From Octopus sinensis (lineage: Eukaryota), in contig NC_043015.1 in the NCBI RefSeq assembly GCF_006345805.1, forward strand, positions 8,432,001 through 8,496,000: a stretch of DNA of 64,000 bases, given 5' to 3'. Below the pieces are notes generated by a model. The model was not told where the DNA came from. It searched no databases and worked only from the letters and a program-made list of their open reading frames with translations. Shown here piece after piece: positions 1 through 12,992 of this stretch. Both the position numbers and the translations under genes were made by a program. Each line of letters starts with the position of its first letter. Positions within the stretch are counted from its first letter, which is position 1.

Positions 1-1291
1 ACAATCAAAAGAATTCTAATTAGTTCACTGATTCCATCTTGACAAATAAAAGGTTTGCGGCTGGTCCAGTCCTAGATGAACAAGTATATTGATGTGCAAA
101 AAAGAGTTTATAACAAAACCAATTGCATGACAGAAGAGAGACAGAAAAACAATGGATTTTATGGGGTGAAATGTTAAGAATGAACTAAAATATGATATCA
201 ATTACAGTCAGTTAAAGAAAACAAATAATGAAGTGGAGAAAAGGGCATAATGAGACGACGAGTGGAGTAGAAACTACGTTGAAGTACATATGTGTGTGCG
301 CGGGTACATGCATCCCTACGTGTGTGTTCGTGCGTTCGTGTGTGTGTGTGTGTATATGTGCGTGTTTGTGAATTTGTAATTTCCACTTGGAAAATGAATA
401 CAAAATTGAACGTAGTAAATTGTATATATCATCGTTGATCGCTATGTGTTTTCATATATTATAGTGCGAAGCAAAGTTACATGCTCTTGATAAGTGTATA
501 TCATTTATGTATGCATTGTTATTAGAAAGTTTAATTAGAATCAAAAATATGTTGAAAGAATGTAAACATAATGCCAATATGTAAATATAGATTTCAGCGC
601 TTTGTAACATTGGTGATGATAGTAATTTTAACACAAAAACGGACATCAAAGCATACAATCACATAAAATCATACTTTTATGATTTAATACTGATATTCTG
701 AATTAGGATTTTCATCATTTCTTTATCAAATTTAAGTGTAATGCTTATAATGAACAAAAGCTTCCGTTACTACGTAACACGAACTAAAGACAAAAAATTT
801 CTTCGTAAACATTTGATAATTAAGCTTTAAATGCAGCGTAAACAAATATAGAGGAGGAGGATGTGAATGGATTCTAATTATACCATTGTTTTTCCGTAAT
901 TAACGCAAATATAATAACACAATTATTAATCCTTGGAGAAGTATAAGAACATTGTCCACATGAATTATGAATAATTTCTGGCACATTAAGTTCACAAACA
1001 TTTCTAAAATGGAGCATATAGACACGAAGCCACAAAACTGTTAATTAAGGGTAAGTCGTTTCAGCGTGAATATCAGTAAAATAATTCTATATGACTTCAA
1101 ATTTATACATTCTGTTCTTTTTAATTAATTTACTTGTCATTACACAGCAGCCATGAAGGAAAATCGCCTGGAGAAATTTTAGTCGAACTAATCATCCGTT
1201 GCAATTATTTTCAAACTTGTTATTTATTCTATCGGTCACATAAGCCGTATCTCTTACAGGGACGTAAATACATTATATGCTGTCGATCCGT

Positions 1292-1336
<45 letters not shown>

Positions 1337-1404
1337 CTAAAAATCGTAAGGCAACAAAAGAATGAAAGAGACCTCGATATTATGTAAATACAGGAATGTA
1401 TCTG

Positions 1405-1517
1405 TAAATATAATATGTGACAATTATTCGGTAGCCATGATAAAACTCCGACTTTCAACCTCGGCATCCGAAACGCGGAGGTTTTATCATGGCTACCGAA
1501 TAATTGTCACATATTAC

Positions 1518-1522
<5 letters not shown>
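1405..1522. repeat. Fold-back hairpin, ~46-bp arms, 25-nt spacer
   Basis: taaatataatatgtgacaattattcggtagccatgataaaactccg (1405-1450) is the near-perfect reverse complement of 1476-1522; right end abuts (TA)n. Confidence 0.85.
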
Positions 1523-1552
<30 letters not shown>

Positions 1553-1828
1553 ACAGTCACTATGTTTTTACTCAGACTTTCCTCTACATGATGTGGCAGT
1601 CACTTTGCCTCTTACTCGGATTTTCAGAAATTTTGCATGTCTGTATCCGAAAATTTCTTCATACAACTTGATCAAATATCCAATATGAACTATATGTAGA
1701 CATGCATAAATTCTATAGGTTTAAAACCTTTCATTAGATCTCCATGAATCGAACTTTCTTCAATGCAGTTAATCCTACAACCTCTTTTATATCTACCCCT
1801 TTTGATGTTTGGGAATTCTCTGATATTT

Positions 1829-1916
1829 TTTCGGCTGACGAGTACGAGCCATCTGTATTCACTGCATTTTTTGTAGCTTATTAAAGATGTCCTCGTACGA
1901 AACGATCGTACCGAGA
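1829..1916 (+). ncRNA. Type I hammerhead ribozyme (intact core)
   Basis: Stem I tttcgg/ccgaga; CUGACGA 1835-1841; stem II GUACGAG/CUCGUAC (extended by caucu/agaug); GAAA 1899-1902; stem III AC-GAUC-GU; cleavage triplet GUA, cut after 1910. Confidence 0.85.
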
Positions 1917-2063
1917 TTTTAATCCATTCTTGTTGCTTTTTTCCTATTTATAATCACCCCACTTGTCGTATGGCTAACACCATATTGATATCCGGTGCAT
2001 CCTAGTTAAGGACCATATTCATGTGAATTCTTTAGAATTCACTAGAATCTCAATTACTTAACC

Positions 2064-2107
<44 letters not shown>

Positions 2108-2111
<4 letters not shown>

Positions 2112-2353
2112 CTCAGGAACTATTAGCCCTGACACCGTGTATTAGCCGGTGCTTTCAAAGCGATGAATAGCTTTGAGGAAACAATGGTGCGCTTTGTTTT
2201 CTGACTTTATAATCATCTCATATGAATGACTTTTATTACTACCTCAGTCCATCTAAATGTATATATTTGTCGTTACCATTCATAAAAAGCCTTCTTCATA
2301 TTTTACCCTTACATTTCAACGTGCATTTTAGATTTTATTTTGTAACGTATTTC

Positions 2354-2409
<56 letters not shown>

Positions 2410-2660
2410 GTTCTCAGGAACTATTAGCCCTGACACCGTGTATTAGCCGGTGCTTTCAAAGCGATGAATAGCTTTGAGGAAACAATGGTGCGCTTTGTTT
2501 TCTGACTTTATAATCATCTCATATGAATGACTTTTATTACTACCTCAGTCCATCTAAATGTATATATTTGTCGTTACCATTCATAAAAAGCCTTCTTCAT
2601 ATTTTACCCTTACATTTCAACGTGCATTTTAGATTTTATTTTTGTAACGTATTTCAACTA
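2108..2660. repeat. Direct tandem duplication of ~250 bp unique sequence separated by (TA)n
   Basis: gttctcaggaactattagccc...gtaacgtatttcaac occurs at ~2109-2357 and ~2410-2658, almost identical, each followed by (TA)n. Confidence 0.9.
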
Positions 2661-2665
2661 TATAT

Positions 2666-2707
<42 letters not shown>

Positions 2708-2717
2708 CATGTATGTA

Positions 2718-2880
2718 TGATGGCCTTTTCAGTTTCCATGTAGTATTTACACTCAGAAGGCATTGGTCTGTCCGTGGCTATAGTAGAAGATACTTGCCCA
2801 AGTTAACAGACACTGGAACTGAACCTACAACTATGTGGTTTGGAATATTACTTCTTACCAGACAACTACGCCTACGCTAA
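2718..2880 (-). mobile_element. Old copy of SINE family A (5' half)
   Basis: Diverged match to tttcagtttcc...ggctatagtagaaga.acttgcccaag...atgtggtt of the copies at 4.7, 10.8 and 51.5 kb. Confidence 0.65.
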
Positions 2881-3587
2881 GTAATCGTTAATGGTATGTT
2901 CTGTTCATTTCATATATAATTTTCATCACAATTTAAATACGATTTCGCATTTAAATTTAAATGTAAAGAAACACACACTCACACACACAACCACACACGC
3001 ACACACACTCACACTCACACTCACACTCACACGCACACTCAGTCATACATCCCCATATACAGTTCCTATATCATTTATTATTTACTTGTTTCAGTCATTG
3101 GATTGCGACCATGCTGGGGCATCGCCTAAGATAATAATCTTTTCTTAGTCTAAGAGATCGATCCTAGTACATTTTCGCGCAAATGTTGATAATTTCGACT
3201 TCGTGTATATATACATACACGCCCAAACATATAGATACATATACGTTTATACGTGTATTTTCGCTAGGTGTTTGGTGCAATATTTTATATGATATTTACG
3301 AAGTATTATGGCTTCTTAACTCCATGGGCCATAAGTTTCATTGATCTTCTGTCTAGACTAGCCGGTGCTTGCCACATTATGCCTACATCATCCATCACTT
3401 TAAAAATGCCTTTTAAAATAAACTGTTACTTCATGCAAAATATACATTTCGTACTTATTCACTCAACAACACTTCGGTTACATTTAGCACTGACATAATG
3501 ATTTTAATACTTTAGTATAGTCTCTGGTCACCTTTTCCACATTCGTACCAGATTCATTTTCTTTTTAGTGTTATGTGGTTGTTCATG

Positions 3588-3738
3588 CTCAAAAGTTTCT
3601 TCTTCTTCTTCTTCTTCTTCTTCTTCTTCTTCTTCTCCTCCTCCTCCTTTTTGTTCTTCTCCTTTACTACTACTACTACTAATACTACTACTACTGCTGG
3701 TGCTGGTGCTGGTGCTGGTGCCTCTTCTTTTTCCTCTA

Positions 3739-3773
<35 letters not shown>

Positions 3774-3990
3774 ACTGCCGCTGCTGCTTCTTCTTTTTCT
3801 TATCTTTTCTGTATTCTTTTATTTATTTATTTCTAATCACCCTCCGCTTCTTCATTTTTTCAGTAATCCTTCAGATACTCCCTCCTACGTTTCCATTCCC
3901 CTTTCCCCTCCTCCTCCACCTCCTTCTCTCCTCCTCCTCCTCCTCCTCATTCTCTCCCCATCCTCCTCCTCCTCCTCCTCTTCGTTCTTC
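3588..3990. repeat. Compound trinucleotide microsatellite (CTT/CTA/CTG/CCT)
   Basis: Visible runs; explains the poly-S/L/P ORFs. Confidence 0.95.
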
Positions 3991-4747
3991 TTTTGCACAT
4001 CGTCATCAATTCTTTTTTATTTTCACTTATTTTACTGTACATCAACCTGCCTTCTTTATGTTATTCCATTGCAGAACCTAAATTTTTTTCATTAATATTG
4101 CTTTTTTACTTTTGAGAAATACAGAATACAGCACTCTACATCGCCAAATGTTAAATGAATACACAGATTACATGCATGTTTTTATTATTATGGAACTTTG
4201 AAAGAGAAACTATATTTCATGTACGTAAAATATGATAATTTTTCCAACTTCTACTTTAAAACCAACCTACCAGTTGAAACTGTAGATGATAGTATTAAAG
4301 TATTCACTTTGGTTAAAATAACTCATTAATCAAAATTTACTACTTAATGATATTTTCCCGTGCTTATTTGATTAGAAATGTTTAATAATTAAAAGTATAA
4401 GGCTGTGAATTGGCTTAATTTTTAGTACATCGAACTACCTATTCTGCCTGTTTATGTTGTAAGTTCAAATTTATTACTCGGTTTGGTATAAAGCGTAATC
4501 AAGCACCGCTGAAATTGGTGATTTTGTGCCAGTAATTACAGCCACTATTGTGACATTGTAAATCGGACGACCAAGCGATGTCTTGCATTTGCTAACGTAT
4601 GATCTTTATTTGCTCACGAGTAAATACCGCCAGAAAATTTTACTTTATTTACACGCATGAATTCTATCTAAGGGTAAACATCCACCAAAAGGTACACGAT
4701 GATATCAATGCCAGACAATAGCTGAATATCATAGGTAACAAGTGATA

Positions 4748-5114
4748 TACTCTTTTCTCTTTCACTTGTTTCAGTCATTTGACTGCGGCCATGCTGGAGC
4801 ACCGCCTTTAATCGAGCAACTCGACCCCGGGACTTATTCTTTGTAAGCCCAGTACTTTTTCTAACACACCAGCATCAGTTGTCAAGCAATGCTAGGGGTA
4901 CAAACACTTACACACAAACATACACGCACATACATATACATACATATATACGACGGGCTTCTTTCAGTTTCCGTCTACCAAATCCACTCACAAGGCATTG
5001 GTCGGCCCGAGGCTATAGCAGAAGACACTTGCCTAAGATGCCACGCAGTGAGACTGAACCCGGAACCATGTGGTTGGTAAGTAAGCTACTTACCACACAG
5101 CCACTCCTGCGCCT
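4748..5114 (-). mobile_element. tRNA-derived SINE family A, internal deletion
   Basis: Minus strand starts aggcgcaggagtggctgtgtggtaag (A-box-like) ... ggttcagtc (B-box-like); internal (TA/CA)n; matches copies at 10.8, 14.9 and 51.5 kb. Confidence 0.9.
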
Positions 5115-5623
5115 ATATAAATATACGGATTATTAAATAACTGTGAATTTTATAGAATGTATTCTGATGTAAAGTGTGTAGTCCAGAAGCACAAAAAATG
5201 TTGCGTTTTGAAGTAAAGCTTTACGTATATATACCGGCTCTCTATATTCTGAGTTCGAATCTTACCTACCACGAGGAGGGGCAGAAAAACAATTAGTGCA
5301 TTCATACCAAGTCTAGTCATTGTAGCCAAAGTTCCTGTAATCTAAGTAACGTCTGTATAGGAGGGTACGACCCCTCTCGGGTGGCATGTAAATTAGTAAT
5401 GGAGGTTCACATTCAAAGGAATGGTTGAGCACACATTGTGTTTAAGCATGTGTGTGTGACCCTGTCTCAGTGCGTTTTGAGTGTGAGCGTGGATGATTTT
5501 TGTGCGTTGGTGCGCATATATATACTTAGATCTATATAATTCTATATAAATGCGTATGGCTATATGTATACATATGATCATGTATATTTTTGTATATATT
5601 ATGTATAAATGTACGCATATATC

Positions 5624-5855
5624 TATTTCTTTACTACCCACAAGGGGCTAAACACAGAGGGGACAAACAAGGATAGACAAGCGGATTAAGTCGTTTAGAT
5701 CGATCCCAGTGCGTAACTGGTACTTAATTTATCGACCCCGAAAGGATGAAAGGCAAAGTCGACCTCAGCGGAATTTGAACTCAGAACATAACGGCAGACG
5801 AAATACGGCTACGCATTTCGCCCGGCGTGCTAAGGTTTCCGCCAGCTCACCGCCT
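5624..5855 (-). mobile_element. SINE family C, full length
   Basis: Minus strand aggcggtgagctggcggaaaccttagcacgccgggcg...ctgagttcaaattcc...gtcgactttgcctttcatcctttcggggtcgat; same family at 17.1 and 34.5 kb. Confidence 0.88.
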
Positions 5856-5908
5856 TTATATGTACGCATATATCTGTTTATCTATCTATTTATATACATG
5901 TATGTCTG

Positions 5909-5963
<55 letters not shown>

Positions 5964-7688
5964 GTTGGTATGTCTGACTGCATCTAATCTACTTAACAAA
6001 AGATTTTCTACAATTGACAATATAGTACATATGAACAAAGTCAAAGTTATATGCTACTGAAAAATACCGAACGCATTCTTTACAACCTAACACATAATTG
6101 AACAAAATTGTATATAAATACTTCAAATTAGGATATGTTTCAGACATAATATAACAATACTCGGATTTTGCAGATGTATTTTAAAATTATCCATAACATA
6201 ATGCAGTCGTCCTGTTTCTTGGATTATTAAATTGATTAAATATCGTTTCTGTATAAGTTATACGGACTTTCCAAACTAAACAGGCCATTGTATACAATAT
6301 TATATTGAACACTGTTTGTTCTGCCCTCCTCTAGTCTCTCTCACCGTTTCTCTCTCTCTCTCTCCTTTTCTCTCCTCCAGATGGACAACGTTAAATTATA
6401 TTTTTAGGCGTGCATATGGAAATGTATTATATATAGGTTTGTGAATGAGTGTGTATGTATGTGTGAATGTGAATGAGGAGGGACTGCAAGCAAGTGGAGG
6501 ACACTACTGTTGTCTTGATTATATCCTCTTAAGTAGGTGTTCAAGAAAACGAATCTGATATAATAAATACCAGCTACACATAAATCTGATATAGATTTCT
6601 TCGACTAATCGTTGGTGGAACAACATATCGGCAATATGGGGGCGGGGGGCAAGAGGTAAAATCATAAAAGTTTAGTAACACATAGATACATATTGCAAAT
6701 ATATATATATGTGTGTGTGTGCGTGTGTGTGTGTGTGTGTGTATTTCGTCTTTGGATGTGGTTTGCAAATGATATGACAAATAACAAAGTTACGGTTAAG
6801 AGATTTCAAGTATTCCGTTTTCTACAAATTAGAGATTACATTTAGTAAAGAAAAACAAGTGGGATCGTTACGGACGGAAGGTAGGATTCCATATATTTTC
6901 TTGTATTATCTAGAATATAATGTTTTTTATCATACAAAAATAATAAGACAGTATGCATAAAGTATCAGAGACATTATCCAAATGGTGGAAGCAAGTAATA
7001 TTTCGCTAAGAAGGACGTAAATGAAGACATAAAGTGCAAGCCTATCCCGGTGTTCACAAGAATTTTGTGAAAGGTTGTTTTATATCGAAGTGTCCAGCTG
7101 AGAACTGTATTTGGTCGTCAGTGACTGTATCATATCGTCAGTATATAGTTATTTTTGGTTTCATATTTGACAGTGGTTTTGTTATGAAAGTCCAAGAATG
7201 TAATATTGAAATAGAAAGCCTATGACAATTCAGCTGATGTTATCCACCCAGCCTTGGGCTTAACTGCTGATTTTGTTGTTCATGAATTTCACGAGTGTAA
7301 GATGTCGACAGAAGATAAAACAGCTTCTTGTTTAATCTCGTTAATGGTTTTGTTGGCTCATAAGCAGTGTCAGAGACAAAGACTATGTAACTCTAAGAAC
7401 GTAAAACTGGAATAGCAGCAAGAAAGCCAAAGTTATGTTACGAGTGTTACCCAATAAGTTTTTTGTGTACGTAGCTTAATTTTTCTCACTGATTTGTCAT
7501 TTGTATGAGTTTGAAAAATTCCTAATTTACATGTAAAATGGAATTTGCGATGATCTTCTTAAAATTATATTTTCCTGTTTATTATTGTGTGCTTATAGTG
7601 AATTGAGTTTATCACAAAATTCTTTAGACTTCAAAGCTTGTATTTCATATTATGTTTTTTATCTTTCAGATCTTATTTGTTTTCAAGG

Positions 7689-8160
7689 ATGAGTGCAAGA
7701 CAGTGCAAAACTAGTCCAAACAGATTCTGTTACATCTTGCTAAAGAAAGCGCAGTATTACACGCCATATCAAGAAATTATACAAGGTGTACTTCATTTGT
7801 TACTTAGGAGAACAGGATAAGTCATGGGCTCCGCATGTGATATCTGTTGCCTTACATGTGTGAAGACATTGAGTGCCTGGTATGCAGGAAACAATGTTCA
7901 CATAAAGTTTGGTGTGCCCATGATTTGGCGTGAGCAGAAAAATCACTCTAATGATTGCTATTTCTGTCACCATGATTTACAGGCTGTACTTCAGCAAAGA
8001 AAAAAAAAACTTATTGTTTGCCCAAATTTACAATCAGCAATGCGCCCAGAAGAGTACCCAGAAAAATTACCTGTGCCTAAACCTTCAGATCAAGAAATGC
8101 AGAGATCCAACAGTGCTGATGAACATTCCAGTGGTGAATATGTGGAGCGCAATGATACGG
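7689..8160 (+). mobile_element. Chapaev3-type (CMC) DNA transposase remnant, N-terminal Cys/His region
   Basis: Frameshifted MSARQCKTSPNRFCYI...YLGEQDKSWAPHV...CCLTC...FGVPMIWREQKNHSNDCYFC; family assignment from recalled motif pattern, not a search. Confidence 0.7.
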
Positions 8161-9219
8161 AAAACGTGAAAAAACTGAAAATAAGAAGGAAAAGGATTAC
8201 TATCGTCAGGGGTATGTATAGTGGTCGTAACATCCCTTGGAAGAGCAACGTCGAACGGTTTTGCTGCCTACAACAATGCTTTCCAATTTAATAGGCGTAA
8301 ATGTGTAGTGGTGTTATACAAGGCGCCGACACACTGACATGACTATCTCAATCATAATATATACAAACATTCCCGCACCCATACAAATACATGTATACAC
8401 ATATGCAGATAGACTTATGTACATACACACACACAAATAACATAAAAATACTGAGAGCTGTATAAAACAATGTATATGCCTAATCACGCATACAGATGCA
8501 GCCGAATGAAAAACAACACCCACCGGAACTACCTTGCGCAAGACGACGACTTCAGATAGAAGCAAAACAAAAAAGGAGACACGGATACACAAGATTACAT
8601 AAACTCACAAATACACACAAAAGACACACATATACACATACATCTCACTGAATAAAAAAAATAGCGATAGGTAAGTAAATGAAAAAAATATATATAAAGG
8701 GCACTGACATAAATATTGTAAAAATCCCACATGAACACACACAAAACTCACATACAAAATACTTACAGACACATGCACATGCGCGCACGCACATTCACAC
8801 GCGCAGGCACGTGCTCGCACACACTCACACACACTCACATACACTCTCAGATCCAGATCAAAAGGCATGCACAGATAAAGATACACATCATAGACAGACA
8901 GAATGCACTGAACAGACCAGGAGACAAGTGGGATGGGAGAGACACTGCAGAGGTCAGAGATGTGTGACAAAAGGTTTCCAGAGATTGGATATATGATGAA
9001 ACAAGAATAATAAAAAAAAAACGGGTGAAGAACGAATATATACTGGGCGTGTATTTACTTGGCAAGAAAAAATTACCCTCACAAAATAACATCTGCTTCA
9101 AGACACGATGCCACATCAGGAATATTGCAAAGCAAGTCCATAAATATATAAAAACATTTATTCGTATTTCCGCTAATCATACAAGCGCGTGTTTCTTTGA
9201 GCATGTGTATATATATATG

Positions 9220-9321
<102 letters not shown>

Positions 9322-9339
9322 GTAAATATATATATATAT

Positions 9340-9543
9340 ATAATAAGAGGAATCGATTTGATTTGAAAGCCCACTCGATTGGGAGACAGCGCTAATCCGA
9401 ATGATATGATCTGAATGATAGATATATATGTAAAAATGTAATATATAAATAATATCTATAAATATGACCATCCGATCTGATTACCTCATTTTTTCTAATA
9501 TATATTTATATAATATATTATAGTGTTATATATATATATATAT

Positions 9544-9585
<42 letters not shown>

Positions 9586-9790
9586 TATATATGTAAACTA
9601 TATATATATATATATATATAGAGGAATCGATTTGATTGAAAAGCCCACTCGATGGGAGACAGCGCTAATCCGAATGATATGATCTGAATGATATGATATA
9701 TATGTAAAAATGTAATATATAAATAATATCTATAAATATGAACCATCCGATCTGATTACCTCATTTTTTCTAATATATAATTTATATATT
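9340..9790. repeat. Imperfect direct duplication of ~170 bp within (TA)n
   Basis: gaggaatcgatttg...ttacctcattttttctaata at ~9347-9500 and ~9621-9775, differing mainly by single-base indels. Confidence 0.85.
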
Positions 9791-9835
9791 ATATCTATAT
9801 ATGTAATATATAGATATATATATATATATATATAA

Positions 9836-10209
9836 TAATGCAGTATCGCCGGCGTTGCTAGGTTTGTAAGGGAATAACGATAAAGCATTTTAGAGAGTTA
9901 TAGCAAAAGATAAGCAAAAAAATGGAAAAAAATGATGGGAAATTCTTTGAGAGTAAAAAAAAGGTGAGTTTGCGTCCCAAGACAGTTTGCAGTTTGTGTT
10001 TCTGATTCCGACCCCCATGTCGATTTTATTTATCGATTTTTTCAGAACTGGGGAACTTTTCAAAATTTCGCTGTCGTTATTTTGATTTATGACATATATG
10101 TGTGTGTCAAGTTTCATCAGAATCGGTTGAAGCCGTGGTCATGGTGAGGTACGAGAAAACAGACACACAGAAACCACACATACAAACTGCCGTTTATATA
10201 TAGAGAGAT
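9836..10209 (+). mobile_element. Helentron/DINE-1/Lep1-like non-autonomous element
   Basis: 5' gcagtatcgccggcgttgc; 3' aagtttcatcagaatcggttgaagccgtggtc...(CAGA/CACA)n...tttatatatagagagat; related copy at 17.8-18.2 kb. Confidence 0.55.
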
Positions 10210-10275
10210 ATATATTATATATATAATACTATATTCATATATTTATAAACATATATATTAACATATGTATAAATG

Positions 10276-10321
<46 letters not shown>

Positions 10322-10790
10322 CACACATATATTGGCAAGAAATGTTTTTTCAGAAGAGAGGGCTTTCGTCAATAGATACATATTTGTATTCGTGTGTGAG
10401 TGCGCGCGCGTGTGCGTATGTGCATGATTTAATAAGCACTCGGCTTCAAGATAGTAAGTGCTGGAGTCTATTTGTTGGACTAACCCATTGAACGCAGTAC
10501 CCCATCATGGTCTCACTGAGATAAATGAAATAGTAAAACTGATAAAATATATACATCTATGATACAGACACAAATACCGCGAAGATTATCCATTCAGTAC
10601 GAGCGACAAACCAATACACCAGCTTGATGCCTTTTGAAAGTTTTCGTCCTACCTGTAAATTGTGAACTATATATACATACATACACAAATATATACATGC
10701 ATAAGCACATTAATAGCTGCATACATAACTATAAGTATACATATATATGTATATATATATGGATGCATATATATATATATATATATATAT

Positions 10791-11137
10791 TCTTTTACTT
10801 GTTTGAGTCATTTGACTGCGGCTATGCTGGAGCACCGCCTTTAGTCGAGCAATTCGACTCCGAGACTTATTCTTTGTAAGCCCAGTACTTATTCTACCGC
10901 TAAGTGACGGGGACGTAAACACACCAGCATCGGTTGTCAAGCAATGCTAGGGAGGACAAACACAGACACACAAACATATACACACATACGACGGACTTCT
11001 TTCAGTTTCCGTCTACCAAATCCACTCACAAGGCATTGGTCGGCCCGAGGCTATACTAGAAGACACTACAGTGGGACTGAACCCGGAACCATGTGGTTGG
11101 TAAGCAAGTTACTTACCACACAGCCACTCTTGCGCCT
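10791..11137 (-). mobile_element. SINE family A
   Basis: Near full-length match to family A. Confidence 0.9.
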
Positions 11138-11156
11138 ATATATATATACCTATACC

Positions 11157-11242
<86 letters not shown>

Positions 11243-11245
11243 TAC

Positions 11246-11326
<81 letters not shown>

Positions 11327-11339
11327 ATATATATAGGTA

Positions 11340-12071
11340 TAAATTGAATCGAGGTCTGCAGCGATGTGGGAGCATGTGTTGATCACACTACTAGCAGATC
11401 TTAACTTTTCAAATCTCTGCGCATGATTTTCACTCTCGATAAATTCATCCCCTTTTTGTGTTCCCAACACTCGGCATCCTAATTTAGGGGCCCTTAATTG
11501 TATTACTACATGAATAATATATTTCTATATGAATAATATTTTGTCTTATGACTAATTCGTCTTTTGTGCTGGGCACCTGGTAGTAAATAATATTACTACA
11601 CCTCTTGTTTATATTCGCATATGACTTGATGGATTTATTCGTAAAATTCTTCCCGGCATGCTCTGTACTGCCCTGTAAGTTTTGCGTCTGCGCAGAGATT
11701 TGAAAAGTTAAGATCTGCTAGTAGTGTGATCAACACATGCTCCCACATCGCTGCAGACCTCGATTCAATTTAGGCGACTCGCTGATGAAGCCAGCCTTAG
11801 CAAACATATATTGTGTTTTGCTAGAAAGAAGCAGAAACTGATCGGTTCGAGTTGTTACAGTTATCGGTAAACGTTTTTGATTTTCACTCTCGATAAATTC
11901 ATCCCCTTTTTGTGTTCCCAACACTCGGCATCCTAATTTAGGGGCCCTTAATTGTATTACTACATGAATAATATTTTTCTATATGAATAATATTTTGTCT
12001 TATGACTAATTCGTCTTTTGTGCTGGGCACCCGGTAGTAAATAATATTACTACCCCTCTTGTTTATATTCG
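11340..12071 (+). mobile_element. HHR-containing insertion: 84-bp inverted piece + 1.4 units of a 454-bp repeat, flanked by (TA)n
   Basis: 11340-11423 is the reverse complement of 11689-11772; 11424-~11620 is repeated at 11878-12071; HHR at 11773-11856. Confidence 0.8.
11773..11856 (+). ncRNA. Type I hammerhead ribozyme, one stem II mismatch
   Basis: Stem I ggcgactcg/cgagttgtt; CUGAUGA 11782-11788; stem II base A.A mismatch then GC/GC and an inner hairpin; GAAA 11834-11837; ACU-GAUC-GGU; triplet GUU. Confidence 0.7.
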
Positions 12072-12115
12072 TATATATATAGGTATAGGTATATATATAT
12101 ATATATATTCATATA

Positions 12116-12158
<43 letters not shown>

Positions 12159-12202
12159 TAGGTATAGGTATATATATATATATATTTATATACATATATA
12201 TA

Positions 12203-12258
<56 letters not shown>

Positions 12259-12900
12259 AGACAAGAATCCTGCTACCTACCTAGAACCCAGAAAAGTAAA
12301 AGAGTGAGACAGAGACAGAATGAAATAAAGAAAAATGTCCCTTTCATTTTAAAACTGTGGAAATATTTTTTGATAATTATTTCATTTCATTTTGCCACAA
12401 TATAATTGTTTTTCGTGCGTTACTCTATGTTGGAAGAGTCTCAAATACTGAACCTGGTACTAAATATACAACGAAATATTCTTGAACTCAAGAACTCGCA
12501 TAAAGAAACTTGCAAACCACATCCAAAGACGAAATACACACATACACACACACTCACACACACATGTTTATATATTTGCAATATGTATCTATGTGTAGTT
12601 GTTATTAAGATTGGTCTCTTGCCCTAGGTTGAAACCTATTTTACAATGCGGTAGAGAATTGTTTTCTAATAATGACAAAAAGGGTATTCAGTGACACTTC
12701 TGTAGAAGCTATACCTAATTCAAGAAAAAGAAAGCCGCCAGAAATGGATTTCCCATGTCAATTTGCATATAAAAATGGCCACAGGTCTCTTGTACTTTTT
12801 TGAGTGATGCATAGGGTAATCTAATAATTTACTTATATTATAGTTTAACATAATATACTATGAATGTAATATAGTATAACGTAAGAAAATATTCAAGAGG

Positions 12901-12992
12901 CCAAAAGCTCCGACTACTTGTTTCGACTGATATGCATTACTTGAATTATAAACAATTCATATTCATTTATATAGGTCACTTCAGAGCTTTGG
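12901..12992 (-). ncRNA. Decayed type I hammerhead-like motif
   Basis: Minus strand ccaaagct-CUGAAGU-GAC...GUC-GAAAC-aagua-GUC-ggagcuuuugg; last core base and stem I register are altered. Confidence 0.5.

Noticed and set aside
2158-2198. Hammerhead in the 2.1-kb duplicated unit (caaagcg...gaaac...cgctttg)
   Set aside because: No CUGANGA, no stem II, and the triplet would be GUG.
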